Shown piece by piece: positions 16,495-26,374 of a stretch of 64,000 nt of DNA. This stretch comes from Candidatus Omnitrophota bacterium. GTDB lineage: Bacteria; Omnitrophota; Gorgyraeia; 1-14-0-20-64-10. The first letter of the stretch is position 1. Each line of letters starts with the position of its first letter. The translations under genes and the position numbers were made by a program. A model generated the notes under the pieces. The model saw only the letters and a list, made by a program, of their open reading frames with translations. It was not told the DNA's origin and did not search any database. The DNA lies in contig JACOVG010000011.1 in NCBI GenBank assembly GCA_016177405.1, positions 7,910 to 71,909 of the forward strand, in the 5' to 3' direction.

Positions 16495-17486
16495 CAGAGA
16501 ATGAGAGAATGGGTCATCTTCTCATTCTCTTTTCGCCTCAAAGTCAGTCGCTGGGCGAGGCGGAGGGCGGCAAACATGGAGGCGGGGTCGGCCCTGCCCT
16601 TGCCGGCAAGGTCAAAGGCGGTGCCGTGAACCGGCGAGGTGCGGACGAAGGGAAGCCCCAGCGTCACGTTGACCGCCTGCCCCCAGCCCAGGAGCTTCAC
16701 CGGAATCAGGGCCTGGTCGTGGTAGAGGGCCACCACCGCGTCGTAAGCGCCCCGGGCGGCGGCCTGCAGGAGAGAGTCAACCGGAAGAGGGCCTTCCACG
16801 TGAAACCGGCGGGCGGCCGGAAGGAGAATCCTTTTTTCTTCATCGCCGAACAGCCCCCCTTCCCCGGCGTGGGGGTTGAGGGCGGCCAAACCGATCCGGG
16901 GCCGAACGACGCCAAAATCCCTGGTCAGGGCCTCCCGGGTCAAGCGGATGGTTTGGGCAACCTTCTCCCGGGTCAATTGGGAAGGAAGTTCTTTAAGACT
17001 GACGTGGGTCGTCACCAGGCTCACCCGGAAAGAGCCGGTCACAAACATCATCACCACCGGCCGGCGGAAGGCCTTCGCCAGAAACTCGGTGTGGCCCACC
17101 CAGGGAATCCCGGCCTTGACGATCGCCTCCTTGCAAACCGGCGCCGTCACGAGGCCCTCCGCCTGGCCGGCCTTAAGAAGCCGCGCCCCTTCCTCTATAT
17201 AGGCGTGGGCGGCCCGGCCTGCCGCCGGCTGAACCCGGCCCGGCTTCAGGCCCGGCGGGACATTGGGAAGGTCGAGCCACCGGGATTGGCCCCAGGGGAC
17301 AGAGATCTTGAGCTTGCGGCTTAAGTGCTTCAGCCAGCCGAGGTCGCCGATGATGGTAAGGCGAGATTGCTTCGCCCCCCTGCGGGGGGCTCGCAATGAC
17401 GAAAGGGACTTAAGCAGAACCTCCGGGCCGACCCCGGCAGGGTCCCCCATGGTGAGGAGGAGGTTATTTAATGGTGATGTAGGCAA
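16494..17486 (-). CDS. pdxA: 4-hydroxythreonine-4-phosphate dehydrogenase
   Basis: GDPAGVGPEV, VTTHVSLKE and ALNPHAGEGG motifs. Canonical surA-pdxA-ksgA arrangement. Confidence 0.9.
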   Translation of the reverse strand: MPTSPLNNLLLTMGDPAGVGPEVLLKSLSSLRAPRRGAKQSRLTIIGDLGWLKHLSRKLKISVPWGQSRWLDLPNVPPGLKPGRVQPAAGRAAHAYIEEGARLLKAGQAEGLVTAPVCKEAIVKAGIPWVGHTEFLAKAFRRPVVMMFVTGSFRVSLVTTHVSLKELPSQLTREKVAQTIRLTREALTRDFGVVRPRIGLAALNPHAGEGGLFGDEEKRILLPAARRFHVEGPLPVDSLLQAAARGAYDAVVALYHDQALIPVKLLGWGQAVNVTLGLPFVRTSPVHGTAFDLAGKGRADPASMFAALRLAQRLTLRRKENEKMTHSLIL

Positions 17487-18477
17487 CGGCCTTCAGCTTC
17501 TCGATCCATTCCTTGTAGCGGGCCGCTGCCTTTTGCGAGACGATGCGCGTTCGGATGTTGGCCTGGGCCTCTTCCAGGGAGGCCCGGCGGGAGGGGCGAA
17601 CGGCCTCCGCCCGGAAGAGATGAAACCCGGCCTTGGTTTTGACCACGGGGGAGATCTCGCCGGCCTTCAGCGTGAATAAGACCGAGTCGATCTCCTTCAG
17701 GCTCTTTCCCTTCTCCAGAAAGCCGATCCTTCCTCCCATTTGGGCGTTGGGGCCATCCGAATAGCGGCGGGCCAAATCATAGAAATCTTCGCCGGCCAGG
17801 GCCCTGCGCCTGATCTCCTCGGCCTGCTGGGAGGCCCGCGGGGCATCCAGGGGGTCCTTCGGCCTGATCATGATCGTCGCCGCCGAAACAGCCGCCGGAA
17901 GGTCGAACTCCTCCGGGTGGGCGTCGTAGTAGGCGGTGACCTCCGAGGGAGAGACCGCCACCTTCGAGCGGACCTCGCGCCACACCAGCTTCTCGATCGT
18001 GATCTGGTCCCGGTAGCGCGAACGCAGATCCTCCAGGGTGATCCCCTGGGCTTCCAGGGCGGCTTCAAACTCCCCTTCATCGTCAAACTTGGCGATGGCG
18101 TCGTTGACCATCTCATCGATCTCGATCTCGGTGACCGTGATGGGGGGGAGGGTGCCTATCTTTCCCTTGGAAACCTCGACGGGCCGGGGGTTCCTCGCCT
18201 CCTGCAGCATGAGCCTTTCTTCGATGAGCTGGCCGAGGATCCCGGAGCGGATCTTTTCCATCTCCCGGGCCACCTCCTCGGGCCGCCGGCTGGCGGCCAG
18301 CTGAAGGTAAATCGGAGCCAAGGCCTTCTCGAGCTCCGCCTGGGTGACCACCTCGTCGTTGACCACCGCCACAATGCCAAGCTCCTCGGGAAGGACGGCG
18401 GTAAGAAAAACGGCTGTAAGCTGTAAGCAGTAAGCAGTAAGGAAGAAAAGGAGAAGAGATAGAAACTTACGAATCAC
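17464..18477 (-). CDS. surA: periplasmic chaperone / parvulin-type peptidyl-prolyl isomerase (SurA-like)
   Basis: Signal peptide. SurA N-terminal chaperone region followed by a parvulin PPIase domain (GGRIGFLEKGKSLKEIDSVLFTLKAGEISPVVKTKAGFHLF). Lies immediately upstream of pdxA. Confidence 0.8.
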   Translation of the reverse strand: MIRKFLSLLLFFLTAYCLQLTAVFLTAVLPEELGIVAVVNDEVVTQAELEKALAPIYLQLAASRRPEEVAREMEKIRSGILGQLIEERLMLQEARNPRPVEVSKGKIGTLPPITVTEIEIDEMVNDAIAKFDDEGEFEAALEAQGITLEDLRSRYRDQITIEKLVWREVRSKVAVSPSEVTAYYDAHPEEFDLPAAVSAATIMIRPKDPLDAPRASQQAEEIRRRALAGEDFYDLARRYSDGPNAQMGGRIGFLEKGKSLKEIDSVLFTLKAGEISPVVKTKAGFHLFRAEAVRPSRRASLEEAQANIRTRIVSQKAAARYKEWIEKLKAVAYITIK

Positions 18478-19334
18478 GAACCGGAGGCGGCGTTGGCGGG
18501 CTGTGCCTGGTCGGGCGCCGGGGGCGCGAAAAGGCCCTTGTTTTGAACCTGGGCCTTCTCCTTCAGCTCTTGAACAAAGCCTTGAAGCTTGCGCTGTTTG
18601 AGATCGGAGGACAACTTCCTTCGGATTTGCTCCTTCACCTCTTCCAGGGGCCGAGTCCGGGCGGCGCGCCGGTCGGTGAGGAGGATGACGTGGAAACCAA
18701 GCGCGCTCTTCACCACGCCGCTCAATTGGCCGGTCTCCAGCTTCATGCAGGCGGCCTCAAATTCCGGGATCAGCTGGCCCTTGGAAAAAAAGCCGATGTC
18801 TCCCCCCCTGGTCTTGGTCGGGTCGGTGGAGAGCTCCGAGGCCACCTTGGCGAAGGGCTCCCCCTTCTTGAGGCGGTCCAGGGCCTCTCTCGCCTTCTCC
18901 TCGGTTTCCGTGAGGATGTGGCTGGCCCGCAGCGATTCGGGCTCCTTCATCGCCTCGGGATTGGAGGCATAGACGCGCTGGATCTCCTCGTCGCTCACCG
19001 CCTGGGCTTGGGGCTCTCCCGCCGTCTCCAGAAGCCGTCCCAGAAGGATTTGCCTCACCGCCTCCTTTGTGAGCCGGCGGACTTCCGGGTCACGCTCCAA
19101 TCCGCGCCTCCGGGCCTCCTGGGTCAGGATCGTCTCGGTGATCATCTCCTCCAAAAGGCGCCCCTTGTCGTTTCCGAAAGCGGCCCGGGCCGCCGGATTC
19201 AAGCGGCTCATCCGCTCCTCCACCTGGGAAACGGTGATGGTCTGGCCGTTGACCACGGCGGCGATCCGGCTTCCCTGGCCGCAGCCGGTCAGCGCGAGTC
19301 CCCACCCCAGCGCGGCCACCCAGATTTTCCTCAT
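18474..19334 (-). CDS. lipoprotein parvulin-type peptidyl-prolyl isomerase (SurA/PrsA/PpiD-like)
   Basis: Lipobox LALTGCG. Parvulin domain (GGDIGFFSKGQLIPEFEAACMKLETGQLSGVVKSALGFHVILL). Start placed at the ATG at 19334 (MRKIWVAALG); the ORF-track N-terminus is a false extension. Confidence 0.8.
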   Translation of the reverse strand: MRKIWVAALGWGLALTGCGQGSRIAAVVNGQTITVSQVEERMSRLNPAARAAFGNDKGRLLEEMITETILTQEARRRGLERDPEVRRLTKEAVRQILLGRLLETAGEPQAQAVSDEEIQRVYASNPEAMKEPESLRASHILTETEEKAREALDRLKKGEPFAKVASELSTDPTKTRGGDIGFFSKGQLIPEFEAACMKLETGQLSGVVKSALGFHVILLTDRRAARTRPLEEVKEQIRRKLSSDLKQRKLQGFVQELKEKAQVQNKGLFAPPAPDQAQPANAASGS

Positions 19335-21268
19335 GGCGTTGAGTGTATCACACCGGCCTTCAAGGTTTCCACCTCGGCCTTCAGCAGGCGGCAGTAGAGG
19401 TCGAAGCCGACCGCCACGATGTGGCCGTGCTGCTCCACCCCCAGGAGGTTGCCCGCCCCGCGGATCTGGAGGTCCCGCAGCGCGATCTTGAAGCCGGCCC
19501 CCAGGCTGGAGAACTCCTGGACCGCGCTCAAGCGCTTTTGGGCGTCGGCGGAAAGCGGCATCCCGCGAGGCTTCAAGAAGTAGGCGGTGGCCTGGCGGGT
19601 GAAGCGCCCCACCCGGCCCCGAAGCTGATAGAGATCGGCCAGCCCGAAGGATTCCGCCCGGAAGACGACAATCGTGTTGGCGTTGGGGATGTCGATCCCG
19701 GACTCCACGATGGAGGTGGAAACCAGAATGTCCACCTCCCGGCGCATGAAGGAGAGCATGGTCTTCTCCAGCGACCGGGAGGGCATCTGGCCATGGGCCA
19801 CGGCCACCCGGGCCTGGGGCGCGAGCCTCTTCACCCTGGCGCAAACTGCCGCGATCCCCTCGACCCAGGGATAGATCACAAAGGCCTGGCCCCCGCGGCC
19901 AAGCTCTCTGGCCAACGCCTGGCGGATCACCGCGTCATTCTCGTCGGTCACAACCGTCTTGACCGGCAGGCGCTGGTAAGGCGGGGTGTCGATCACCGAC
20001 ATGGCCCTGGCCCCCATCAGGGCCAGGTACAGTGTTCTGGGAATCGGGGTGGCGGTCAGGGTGAGCACATCCACCCCCTCCGTCAGCCGCTTGAGCTTTT
20101 CCTTGTGGCGCACGCCGAAACGCTGTTCCTCATCAACCACGACCAGCCCCAAATCCTTGAACCGGACGTCCCCGGAGAAAAGCCGGTGGGTTCCGATCAC
20201 AACGTCCACCGTCCCTTGCCTCAAGCCCTTCAGGGTTTCGGTTTGGGCCGCCGGGCTTTGGAATCTGGAGAGCATGGCGACCTCCACCGGAAAATCCTTC
20301 ATCCGCCGCTTGAAGGTGTCGTGGTGCTGTTCGGCCAGAATCGTGGTGGGGCAGAGCAAGGCCGCCTGCTTGCCGTCCAGGCAGGCCTTGAAGGCGGCCC
20401 GAAGGGCCACCTCGGTTTTTCCGTAACCGACATCGCCGCACAGGAGACGGTCCATCGCGCGGGAAGACTCCATGTCTTCCTTGGTCTCGTGAACCGCCCG
20501 GCTCTGCGCCGGCGTCTCCCGGTAGGGAAAGGCCTTCTCGAGCGCCTTTTGCCAGTCGGTGTCGGGCCCAAAGGCGTGGCCCCCCGAAGAGAGCCGGCGG
20601 GCCTCGGCCGCCAGCAGTTCAAAGGCCACCGAGTGGGCGCCCTGGCGGGCGATCTCCTTGGTCCTGGCCCAGTAGCGGGTCCCCAGGCGCGACAGTTTCG
20701 GGGGCCGCCCCTCAAAGCCCGCGTATTTCTGGACGAGATGGATTTCCGAAAGGGGCACGTAGAGCCGGGCGTTGTCGGCATACTCCAGGACGATGTGCTC
20801 CACCACCTGGCTCTTCACCCCAACCTTCTTCAAGCCCAGATACCTGCCGATCCCGTGGGTCACGTGGACCACCCCATCGCCCGCCTGGATGTCCACGAAG
20901 GGATCGATGGGATCCTCCTCCCCCGCGCCGGCGGCCCGATACCAGGCCGGGCGTTTCAGGGTATGCCGTTTCAGGGGGGCCGTCGGAAGGACGATCACCA
21001 TCTCATGCTTATCGAAGGGGGCGCCGGTCTCGGGGTGGATGCTCCGGATGGAGGCAACCGTTTCGTGGTCGAACTCCAGGCGCACCGGCGCCTCAAAACC
21101 TTCCGGGAAGATGTCCAGGATGCCGCCCCGCAAGGCGCAGTCGCCGGGGTCATTGACCTTCGGGAACCTTCGGTAGCCGTTGGCCAGAAGAAAGGCCAGC
21201 GCTTGCGAGGGGGCCAGCCGCTGGCCGCGGCAGACTTCTAAGGCAGGAAAGGAGCCCGGGCGGATCAC
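19331..21268 (-). CDS. mfd: short Mfd-like transcription-repair coupling factor (645 aa; D2 fragment + RNAP-interaction domain + translocase; lacks D1a, D1b/D3 and D7)
   Basis: Motifs: RGGILDIFP (D2); VVHVTHGIGRYLGL...LYVPLSEIHLVQKYAG (RNAP-interaction domain); helicase motifs GDVGYGKTEVALRAA, DEEQRFGV, TATPIPRT; TRG region QLRGRVGR. GTG start overlaps the argS stop (GTGA). Confidence 0.8.
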   Translation of the reverse strand: MIRPGSFPALEVCRGQRLAPSQALAFLLANGYRRFPKVNDPGDCALRGGILDIFPEGFEAPVRLEFDHETVASIRSIHPETGAPFDKHEMVIVLPTAPLKRHTLKRPAWYRAAGAGEEDPIDPFVDIQAGDGVVHVTHGIGRYLGLKKVGVKSQVVEHIVLEYADNARLYVPLSEIHLVQKYAGFEGRPPKLSRLGTRYWARTKEIARQGAHSVAFELLAAEARRLSSGGHAFGPDTDWQKALEKAFPYRETPAQSRAVHETKEDMESSRAMDRLLCGDVGYGKTEVALRAAFKACLDGKQAALLCPTTILAEQHHDTFKRRMKDFPVEVAMLSRFQSPAAQTETLKGLRQGTVDVVIGTHRLFSGDVRFKDLGLVVVDEEQRFGVRHKEKLKRLTEGVDVLTLTATPIPRTLYLALMGARAMSVIDTPPYQRLPVKTVVTDENDAVIRQALARELGRGGQAFVIYPWVEGIAAVCARVKRLAPQARVAVAHGQMPSRSLEKTMLSFMRREVDILVSTSIVESGIDIPNANTIVVFRAESFGLADLYQLRGRVGRFTRQATAYFLKPRGMPLSADAQKRLSAVQEFSSLGAGFKIALRDLQIRGAGNLLGVEQHGHIVAVGFDLYCRLLKAEVETLKAGVIHSTP

Positions 21269-22950
21269 ATCTTTTCGGGGGCGGAGACTCCCAGCAGATT
21301 CAACCCCGCGCGCAGGACCACCTGAACGGCCTCGATCAGCTTCAAGCGGGCCGCGGTCAGCTCCGGGTCGTCGCTCACCACCCGGTGCCGGTCATAGAAG
21401 CGGTGGAACCCCTCCGCGAGGGCCTGCAGGTAAACGGTGATCCCAAAGGGCTCCAGGGCGCGCGCGCAGGCCGCCGCCGTCTGCGGGAATTCCCTCAAGC
21501 GCCGCGCCAGGTCAAGCTCCTCGGGGGCGGCGAGCCGCTCGTAATTCACCCGGCCCCCGGCGGCCTTTGCCGCCTGTTTCCTCTGGTATTCCAGGACGCT
21601 GGTGATCCGGGCATGGGCGTATTGAATGTAGTAAACCGGGTTTTCCAGCGACTGCTGCTTGGCCAGCTGAAGGTCAAACTCCAGGTGGGCGTCCGACTTG
21701 CGCAGGAGGAAGAAGAAGCGCGCGGCGTCCCGGCCCACCTCCTCCATCACCTGGGTCAGCGTGATGAAGACCCCCTCCCGGGTGGACATGGGGATCGTCT
21801 CGGCGCCCCGCTTCAGGGTGCAAAGCTGAATGATCCTGATCTGCAGGGCGTCGGAGGCGTGCCCCAGGGCCGAGACGGATGCCTTGAGCCTGGGGATGTA
21901 ACCGTGGTGGTCCGGCCCCCAGAGATTCACCAGGAGGTCGAACCCCCGCTTGAACTTCCGCCGGTGGTAGGCGATGTCGGCGGCGATGTAGGTGAGCCGG
22001 CCGTCCGACCGGATCACCACCCGGTCCTTGTCGTCGCCGAAGGCGGTGGACTTGAGCCACCAGGCCCCCTCGGAAAGGTACAGGTAGCCGCGGCGCTTCA
22101 GGAGATTCAAGGTGCGGTTCAAAAAGCCCCAGCGCGAAAGGGAGCTCTGGGCGAACCAGCGGTCGAAACGGACCCCGAAGGCATCCAGCTCTTTGCGGAT
22201 CACGCCGGTCAGCACCCGGACCCCGAAGGCCCGGGCGGCGTCCTGGGCCTTGGGGCCGCCCTGGCGGACCAAGGCAGGCCTCTCCTTCGCGAATTGCCGG
22301 CCGCTTTCCGTGATGTAATCCCCCTTGTAGCCTTTCTCCGGAAACTCGGCCGCCAGCCCCAAGGCCTCGCGCGCGCGGACCAGGATCGACTCCCCCAGAA
22401 GGTTGATCTGGGTTCCCTCATCGTTCAGGTAATACTCGCGCCAAACCTGGTAGCCGCTCATCGCCAAGAGGTTGGCCAGGGCATCCCCCACCGCCGCCTG
22501 CCGCCCGTGGGCCACCGAGAGGGGGCCGGTGGGGTTGGCGGAAACAAATTCCACCAGGGCCTTGCGCCCCGCCCCCAGGCGGTTCGCCCCATAGCCGGGG
22601 CCTTCCCTTAAGACCGTCTTGACGACCTCCTGAAGGAAGGCGGTGGTCAGAAAGAAGTTGACGAAGCCCGGCGGCTTGGCCTCCACGCGCTCTATGGCGC
22701 CGGCGAGAATGGAGCCCTTCAGGTTTTCGGTGATCTTTGAAGCCAAGGCCTGGGCGGTCTCCCAGGGGGGGCGGTGGGCGGCGGAAGCGATCTGAAGGGG
22801 CAGCGCGGTCGCCAGATCGCCGTGCTGGCGGCCTCGGGGCATCTCCAAGGCGGGAGTGAGCTTGCTTAAATCAGGAAAGCCTTCAAGCCGGCGGACGGCC
22901 TCGCCCATCAAGGCCGTCAGATGCGATTCCAGATCCTGGGGGGAAATCAT
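21265..22950 (-). CDS. argS: arginine--tRNA ligase
   Basis: HIGH-class motif SANPTGPLSVAHGR, KMSK-like MSTREG, and DALR anticodon-binding C-terminus. Start placed at MISPQDLESH (22950). Confidence 0.9.
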   Translation of the reverse strand: MISPQDLESHLTALMGEAVRRLEGFPDLSKLTPALEMPRGRQHGDLATALPLQIASAAHRPPWETAQALASKITENLKGSILAGAIERVEAKPPGFVNFFLTTAFLQEVVKTVLREGPGYGANRLGAGRKALVEFVSANPTGPLSVAHGRQAAVGDALANLLAMSGYQVWREYYLNDEGTQINLLGESILVRAREALGLAAEFPEKGYKGDYITESGRQFAKERPALVRQGGPKAQDAARAFGVRVLTGVIRKELDAFGVRFDRWFAQSSLSRWGFLNRTLNLLKRRGYLYLSEGAWWLKSTAFGDDKDRVVIRSDGRLTYIAADIAYHRRKFKRGFDLLVNLWGPDHHGYIPRLKASVSALGHASDALQIRIIQLCTLKRGAETIPMSTREGVFITLTQVMEEVGRDAARFFFLLRKSDAHLEFDLQLAKQQSLENPVYYIQYAHARITSVLEYQRKQAAKAAGGRVNYERLAAPEELDLARRLREFPQTAAACARALEPFGITVYLQALAEGFHRFYDRHRVVSDDPELTAARLKLIEAVQVVLRAGLNLLGVSAPEKM

Positions 22951-23303
22951 CCTGATTTCGTCTTGGGGATACGCACACGGGGGGCATCGGCCCACAGCCG
23001 GTCCAAACCGTAGAAGAGACGCTGTTCCGGCAGGAAGAGGTGCCCTACGACCGAACCGTAATCCAACAACACCCACCCCCCCTCCGGGACCCCCTCCCCA
23101 TGGTGAGGCTCCCTGCCCCGAAGGGACAGCCGTTCCCGGATGCGGTCGGCCATGGAGCGAATCTGGGTGGTGGACGAGCCGTTTGAAAGGACAAAGAAGT
23201 CGAAGCTGAAGGAAAGCTTCCTTAAATCCAGAATCGCCAACCCCTCGGCCTTCACCTCAACGGCGGCTTGGGCCATGGCGATGGCGATTTGGCGGGAGGT
23301 CAC
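22947..23303 (-). CDS. rsfS: ribosomal silencing factor RsfS (Iojap)
   Basis: 118 aa. LDLRKLSFSFDFFVLSNGSSTTQIRSMADRI and GWVLLDYGSVVGHLF motifs. Confidence 0.85.
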   Translation of the reverse strand: MTSRQIAIAMAQAAVEVKAEGLAILDLRKLSFSFDFFVLSNGSSTTQIRSMADRIRERLSLRGREPHHGEGVPEGGWVLLDYGSVVGHLFLPEQRLFYGLDRLWADAPRVRIPKTKSG

Positions 23304-23337
23304 CCCCCCGCCCCTGCTGGGGTGCGGACGCCCAAGA

Positions 23338-23520
23338 CTACTTGGGCTTGAGGATGCGGTAGAGGCCGGTCCCGCAATCCGGGCACTTGCCCTTCATGGC
23401 CGGGCGACCATTCTTCATGGTCACCTCCTGCGCCTCCTTCATCTCTTTCGAGGCCTTACATTTCACGCAATAAGCTTCCATGAGTTCTTTTCCTCCTGTT
23501 TTCCGCTTGGAATTTATCAC
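23338..23520 (-). CDS. small zinc-ribbon protein (CxxC...CxxC), function unknown
   Basis: 60 aa with CVKCK...CPDCG. Compact lysine-rich peptide; hypothetical. Confidence 0.45.
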   Translation of the reverse strand: MINSKRKTGGKELMEAYCVKCKASKEMKEAQEVTMKNGRPAMKGKCPDCGTGLYRILKPK

Positions 23521-23535
23521 GCCGCTCGCGCGGTG

Positions 23536-24525
23536 TCAACCCCGCCCCTCGTGGATCTCCCCGACGATTTCCTCCACCAGGTCCTCCAGCGTCACCAGCC
23601 CCAGCGCCTTGCCGCCGGCGTCCACCACGATGGCGATCTGGAGCTTGCGCTTCTGGAAGGTGAGCAGCAGGTCGGTCACCCGCAGGGTCGGGGGCACCTC
23701 CAGGGGCGGATGGATCAGATCCTGCAGGACGATGAGCCACCCTTCCCTCCAGATGTGCACCAGCTCCTGGGCGTAGATCACCCCGACGATCCTGTCCGGC
23801 GTCTGGCGGTAAACCGGGATCCGGGAATGCCCCTCCTCCGTCAGGACGGTCAGCACCTCGTCGTGGCTGGCCGTCTCCGGAACCACCACCACCCGCGCGA
23901 GGGGAACCATGACGTCGCCCACCTTCAGGTCCCCGAACTCAAAGATCCGGTGGAGCATCATCCGCTCGTGCTCGCCCAAGACCCCCTCCTCCTTGCCCAT
24001 TTCAATCATGAGCTTGATCTCCTCCTCGGTGATGAGGGGCGAGCGGGGCGAGATCGGAACCCCGATCCGCTTCAGGACCGCGTAGGTCATCCGGGTGACC
24101 GAGCCGGCCACCGGCCGGAAGACCGACACCAACAGCGACATGACCGGCGCCACCTGCAGGGAAACGCGATCGGCGTGCCGGGAGGCGTAGACCTTGGGGA
24201 AGACGTCGGTCAGGATCAGGATGATGCTGCCGGCAATGAGGGAAGCCGCCGCCACCCCGGCACTGCCCCCCAGCCAGGCCACGCAGGCCGCCGTCACGAT
24301 GGAGGTGAGCGCGGCGTTCACGAAGTTGCTTCCCACCAGGATCGTCGTGATCACCTGATCGATCTGGGCGACCAGCTTCTCCACCATCCTGGCCCGCTTG
24401 ACCTTGCGATCCACCAGGTGCCGCAGGCGCAGCTTCGAGATCCCCACCAGGGCGATCTCCGATAAAGAGAGGAAGGCCGAAACCGCCACCAGCACCCCCG
24501 CCACGATCAGCTCCGAAATCGTCAT
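23536..24525 (-). CDS. CNNM/DUF21 transmembrane domain + tandem CBS protein (HlyC/CorC family, lacks CorC_HlyC C-terminal domain)
   Basis: Start at MTISELIVAGVLVAVSAFLS (24525), abutting the nadD stop. The ORF-track N-terminal 93 aa is an over-extension. Confidence 0.8.
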   Translation of the reverse strand: MTISELIVAGVLVAVSAFLSLSEIALVGISKLRLRHLVDRKVKRARMVEKLVAQIDQVITTILVGSNFVNAALTSIVTAACVAWLGGSAGVAAASLIAGSIILILTDVFPKVYASRHADRVSLQVAPVMSLLVSVFRPVAGSVTRMTYAVLKRIGVPISPRSPLITEEEIKLMIEMGKEEGVLGEHERMMLHRIFEFGDLKVGDVMVPLARVVVVPETASHDEVLTVLTEEGHSRIPVYRQTPDRIVGVIYAQELVHIWREGWLIVLQDLIHPPLEVPPTLRVTDLLLTFQKRKLQIAIVVDAGGKALGLVTLEDLVEEIVGEIHEGRG

Positions 24526-25106
24526 CCCGCCACCTCCCGGTAGAGGCCGCGGGCTGCGATGTAGCGGGCGACCGCCTCCGGAACGAGCTCCTCGATCGGA
24601 AGGCCTTCGCGAACCCTTTGGCGGATCTGGGAAGAGGAGATGGGCAGCGTGGTCACCGCGATCGTCCGGACCCCGGCGGGGGCCTGGGCGCCGGGAAGGT
24701 CCGGCCGCGGGATCACCACGATTTGAACCATGGCCTTGAGGCTCTCGAACGATTTCCAGGTGGGAAGCTCGCCGGCGCTGTCGGAGCCGACCAGAAGGAA
24801 CCATTCGGCCGCCCGCCCGGGAGGCCCGGCCTGAAGCCGGCGCACCGTGTCGATCGTATAGGAAGGGCCGGGCTGGTCCATCTCGATCCGGGAGGGCTCA
24901 AAGCGCGCCTGCCCGGCAACGGCCAGCCGGACCATTTCATAGCGATGCTCCGGCGCGATCAGGGGATCCGGCACCTTGTGGGGAGGGATGCCGCTGACCA
25001 CCCACAGAAGCCGGTCCAGGCCCAGCGCCCGCTGGGCCCCTTCGGCCAGGAGCAGATGCCCCCGGTGAACCGGGTTGAAGGTTCCGCCGAAAAGACCGAT
25101 CTTCAC
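24522..25106 (-). CDS. nadD: nicotinate-nucleotide adenylyltransferase
   Basis: GLFGGTFNPVHRGHL (HxGH motif) and SSSQIR. Confidence 0.9.
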   Translation of the reverse strand: MKIGLFGGTFNPVHRGHLLLAEGAQRALGLDRLLWVVSGIPPHKVPDPLIAPEHRYEMVRLAVAGQARFEPSRIEMDQPGPSYTIDTVRRLQAGPPGRAAEWFLLVGSDSAGELPTWKSFESLKAMVQIVVIPRPDLPGAQAPAGVRTIAVTTLPISSSQIRQRVREGLPIEELVPEAVARYIAARGLYREVAG

Positions 25107-26374
25107 TCCCGAACCTGTCCGCGGCCCTGAACAATGTATTTGTAGCTGGTCAGCTCTTCCAACCCCATGGGGCCGCGGGCATGGATCTTATCGGTGGAGA
25201 CACCGATCTCCGAGCCCAGCCCGAATTGGCCCCCATCGGTGAACCGGGTGGAGGCGTTCACGTAAACGCAGGCCGAGTCCACCTCGCGCGTGAAACGGCC
25301 AGCACGCGCCTTGGAGCGGGTGACAATGGCGTCGGAGTGGCCGGAGCCGAAGCGCCGGATGTGCCGGATCGCCTCCTCCACCGAGTCCACCACCTTAATG
25401 GAGAGGATCAAGGCAAGATATTCCGTGGCCCAGTCCTTCTCGGAGGCCGCCGCCACCGGCAGTCCCCTCAAGATCCGGCGGGTCGCGGCGTCGCCCCGAA
25501 GCTCCACCCCGGCCCTCAAGTATTCCTCGGCCATCGCCGGCAGAAACCGGGGGGCTGCCTTCCGGTGGACAAGGAGCGTTTCCATGGCGTTGCACACGCC
25601 CGGGCGCTGGACCTTGGCGTTGTAGCTGATCCGGCGCGCCATGGAAAGGTCACAGCCCTCATCCACGAAGGTGTGGCAGATCCCCTGGTACTGCTTGATC
25701 ACCGGCACCCGGGCCTTGGCCGTCACCTGGCGGATCAGCCCCTGGCCGCCCCGGGGGATGACCAGATCCACCCGCCCCACCGCCGAAAGAAGCAGGTCCA
25801 CCGCCTGGCGATCGGTGCTCCAGATCAGGTTCACCGAGCCCGCGGGCAGGCCGCCGGCCCGGACCCCCTTCTGAAGTCTTAGGAAGATCGCCCGGCTGGA
25901 AAGGATCGCCTCGGAGCCTCCCCTCAAGACGCAGGCGTTTCCGGACTTGAGGCACAGCCCCGCGCAGTCGGCGGTCACGTTGGGACGGGCCTCGTAGACA
26001 ATTCCAATGACGCCGATGGGCACCCGCACCTTGGAGATCCGAAGGCCGTTGGGACGCCTCCACCGGGCCAAGACCTTTCCCACCGGATCGGCCAGCGCCG
26101 CCACCTCCCGAAGGCCCTGGGCCATCTCCCGGATCCGCTTGGGATTAAGCTCGAGCCGGTCCAAGAGAGCCTGGCCCGTCCCCCTCCGGGAGGCGGCCTC
26201 AAGATCCCTGGCGTTGGCCTTCAGGATCTCCGGCGCGCCGGCGGTCAAGCTTTCCGCCATCGCCAGAAGGGCCCGGTTCTTGCGCCGGGTCGGCGCCCGG
26301 CTCAACTCGGCCGCCGCCTGCTTGGCCCCTTGGAGCAGGGCCTCCACCTGCCGCCGAAGCGATGGCCCGCTCAT
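25103..26374 (-). CDS. proA: gamma-glutamyl phosphate reductase
   Basis: Full-length aldehyde dehydrogenase-like ProA. NACNAMETLLVH with catalytic Cys. Confidence 0.9.
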   Translation of the reverse strand: MSGPSLRRQVEALLQGAKQAAAELSRAPTRRKNRALLAMAESLTAGAPEILKANARDLEAASRRGTGQALLDRLELNPKRIREMAQGLREVAALADPVGKVLARWRRPNGLRISKVRVPIGVIGIVYEARPNVTADCAGLCLKSGNACVLRGGSEAILSSRAIFLRLQKGVRAGGLPAGSVNLIWSTDRQAVDLLLSAVGRVDLVIPRGGQGLIRQVTAKARVPVIKQYQGICHTFVDEGCDLSMARRISYNAKVQRPGVCNAMETLLVHRKAAPRFLPAMAEEYLRAGVELRGDAATRRILRGLPVAAASEKDWATEYLALILSIKVVDSVEEAIRHIRRFGSGHSDAIVTRSKARAGRFTREVDSACVYVNASTRFTDGGQFGLGSEIGVSTDKIHARGPMGLEELTSYKYIVQGRGQVRE

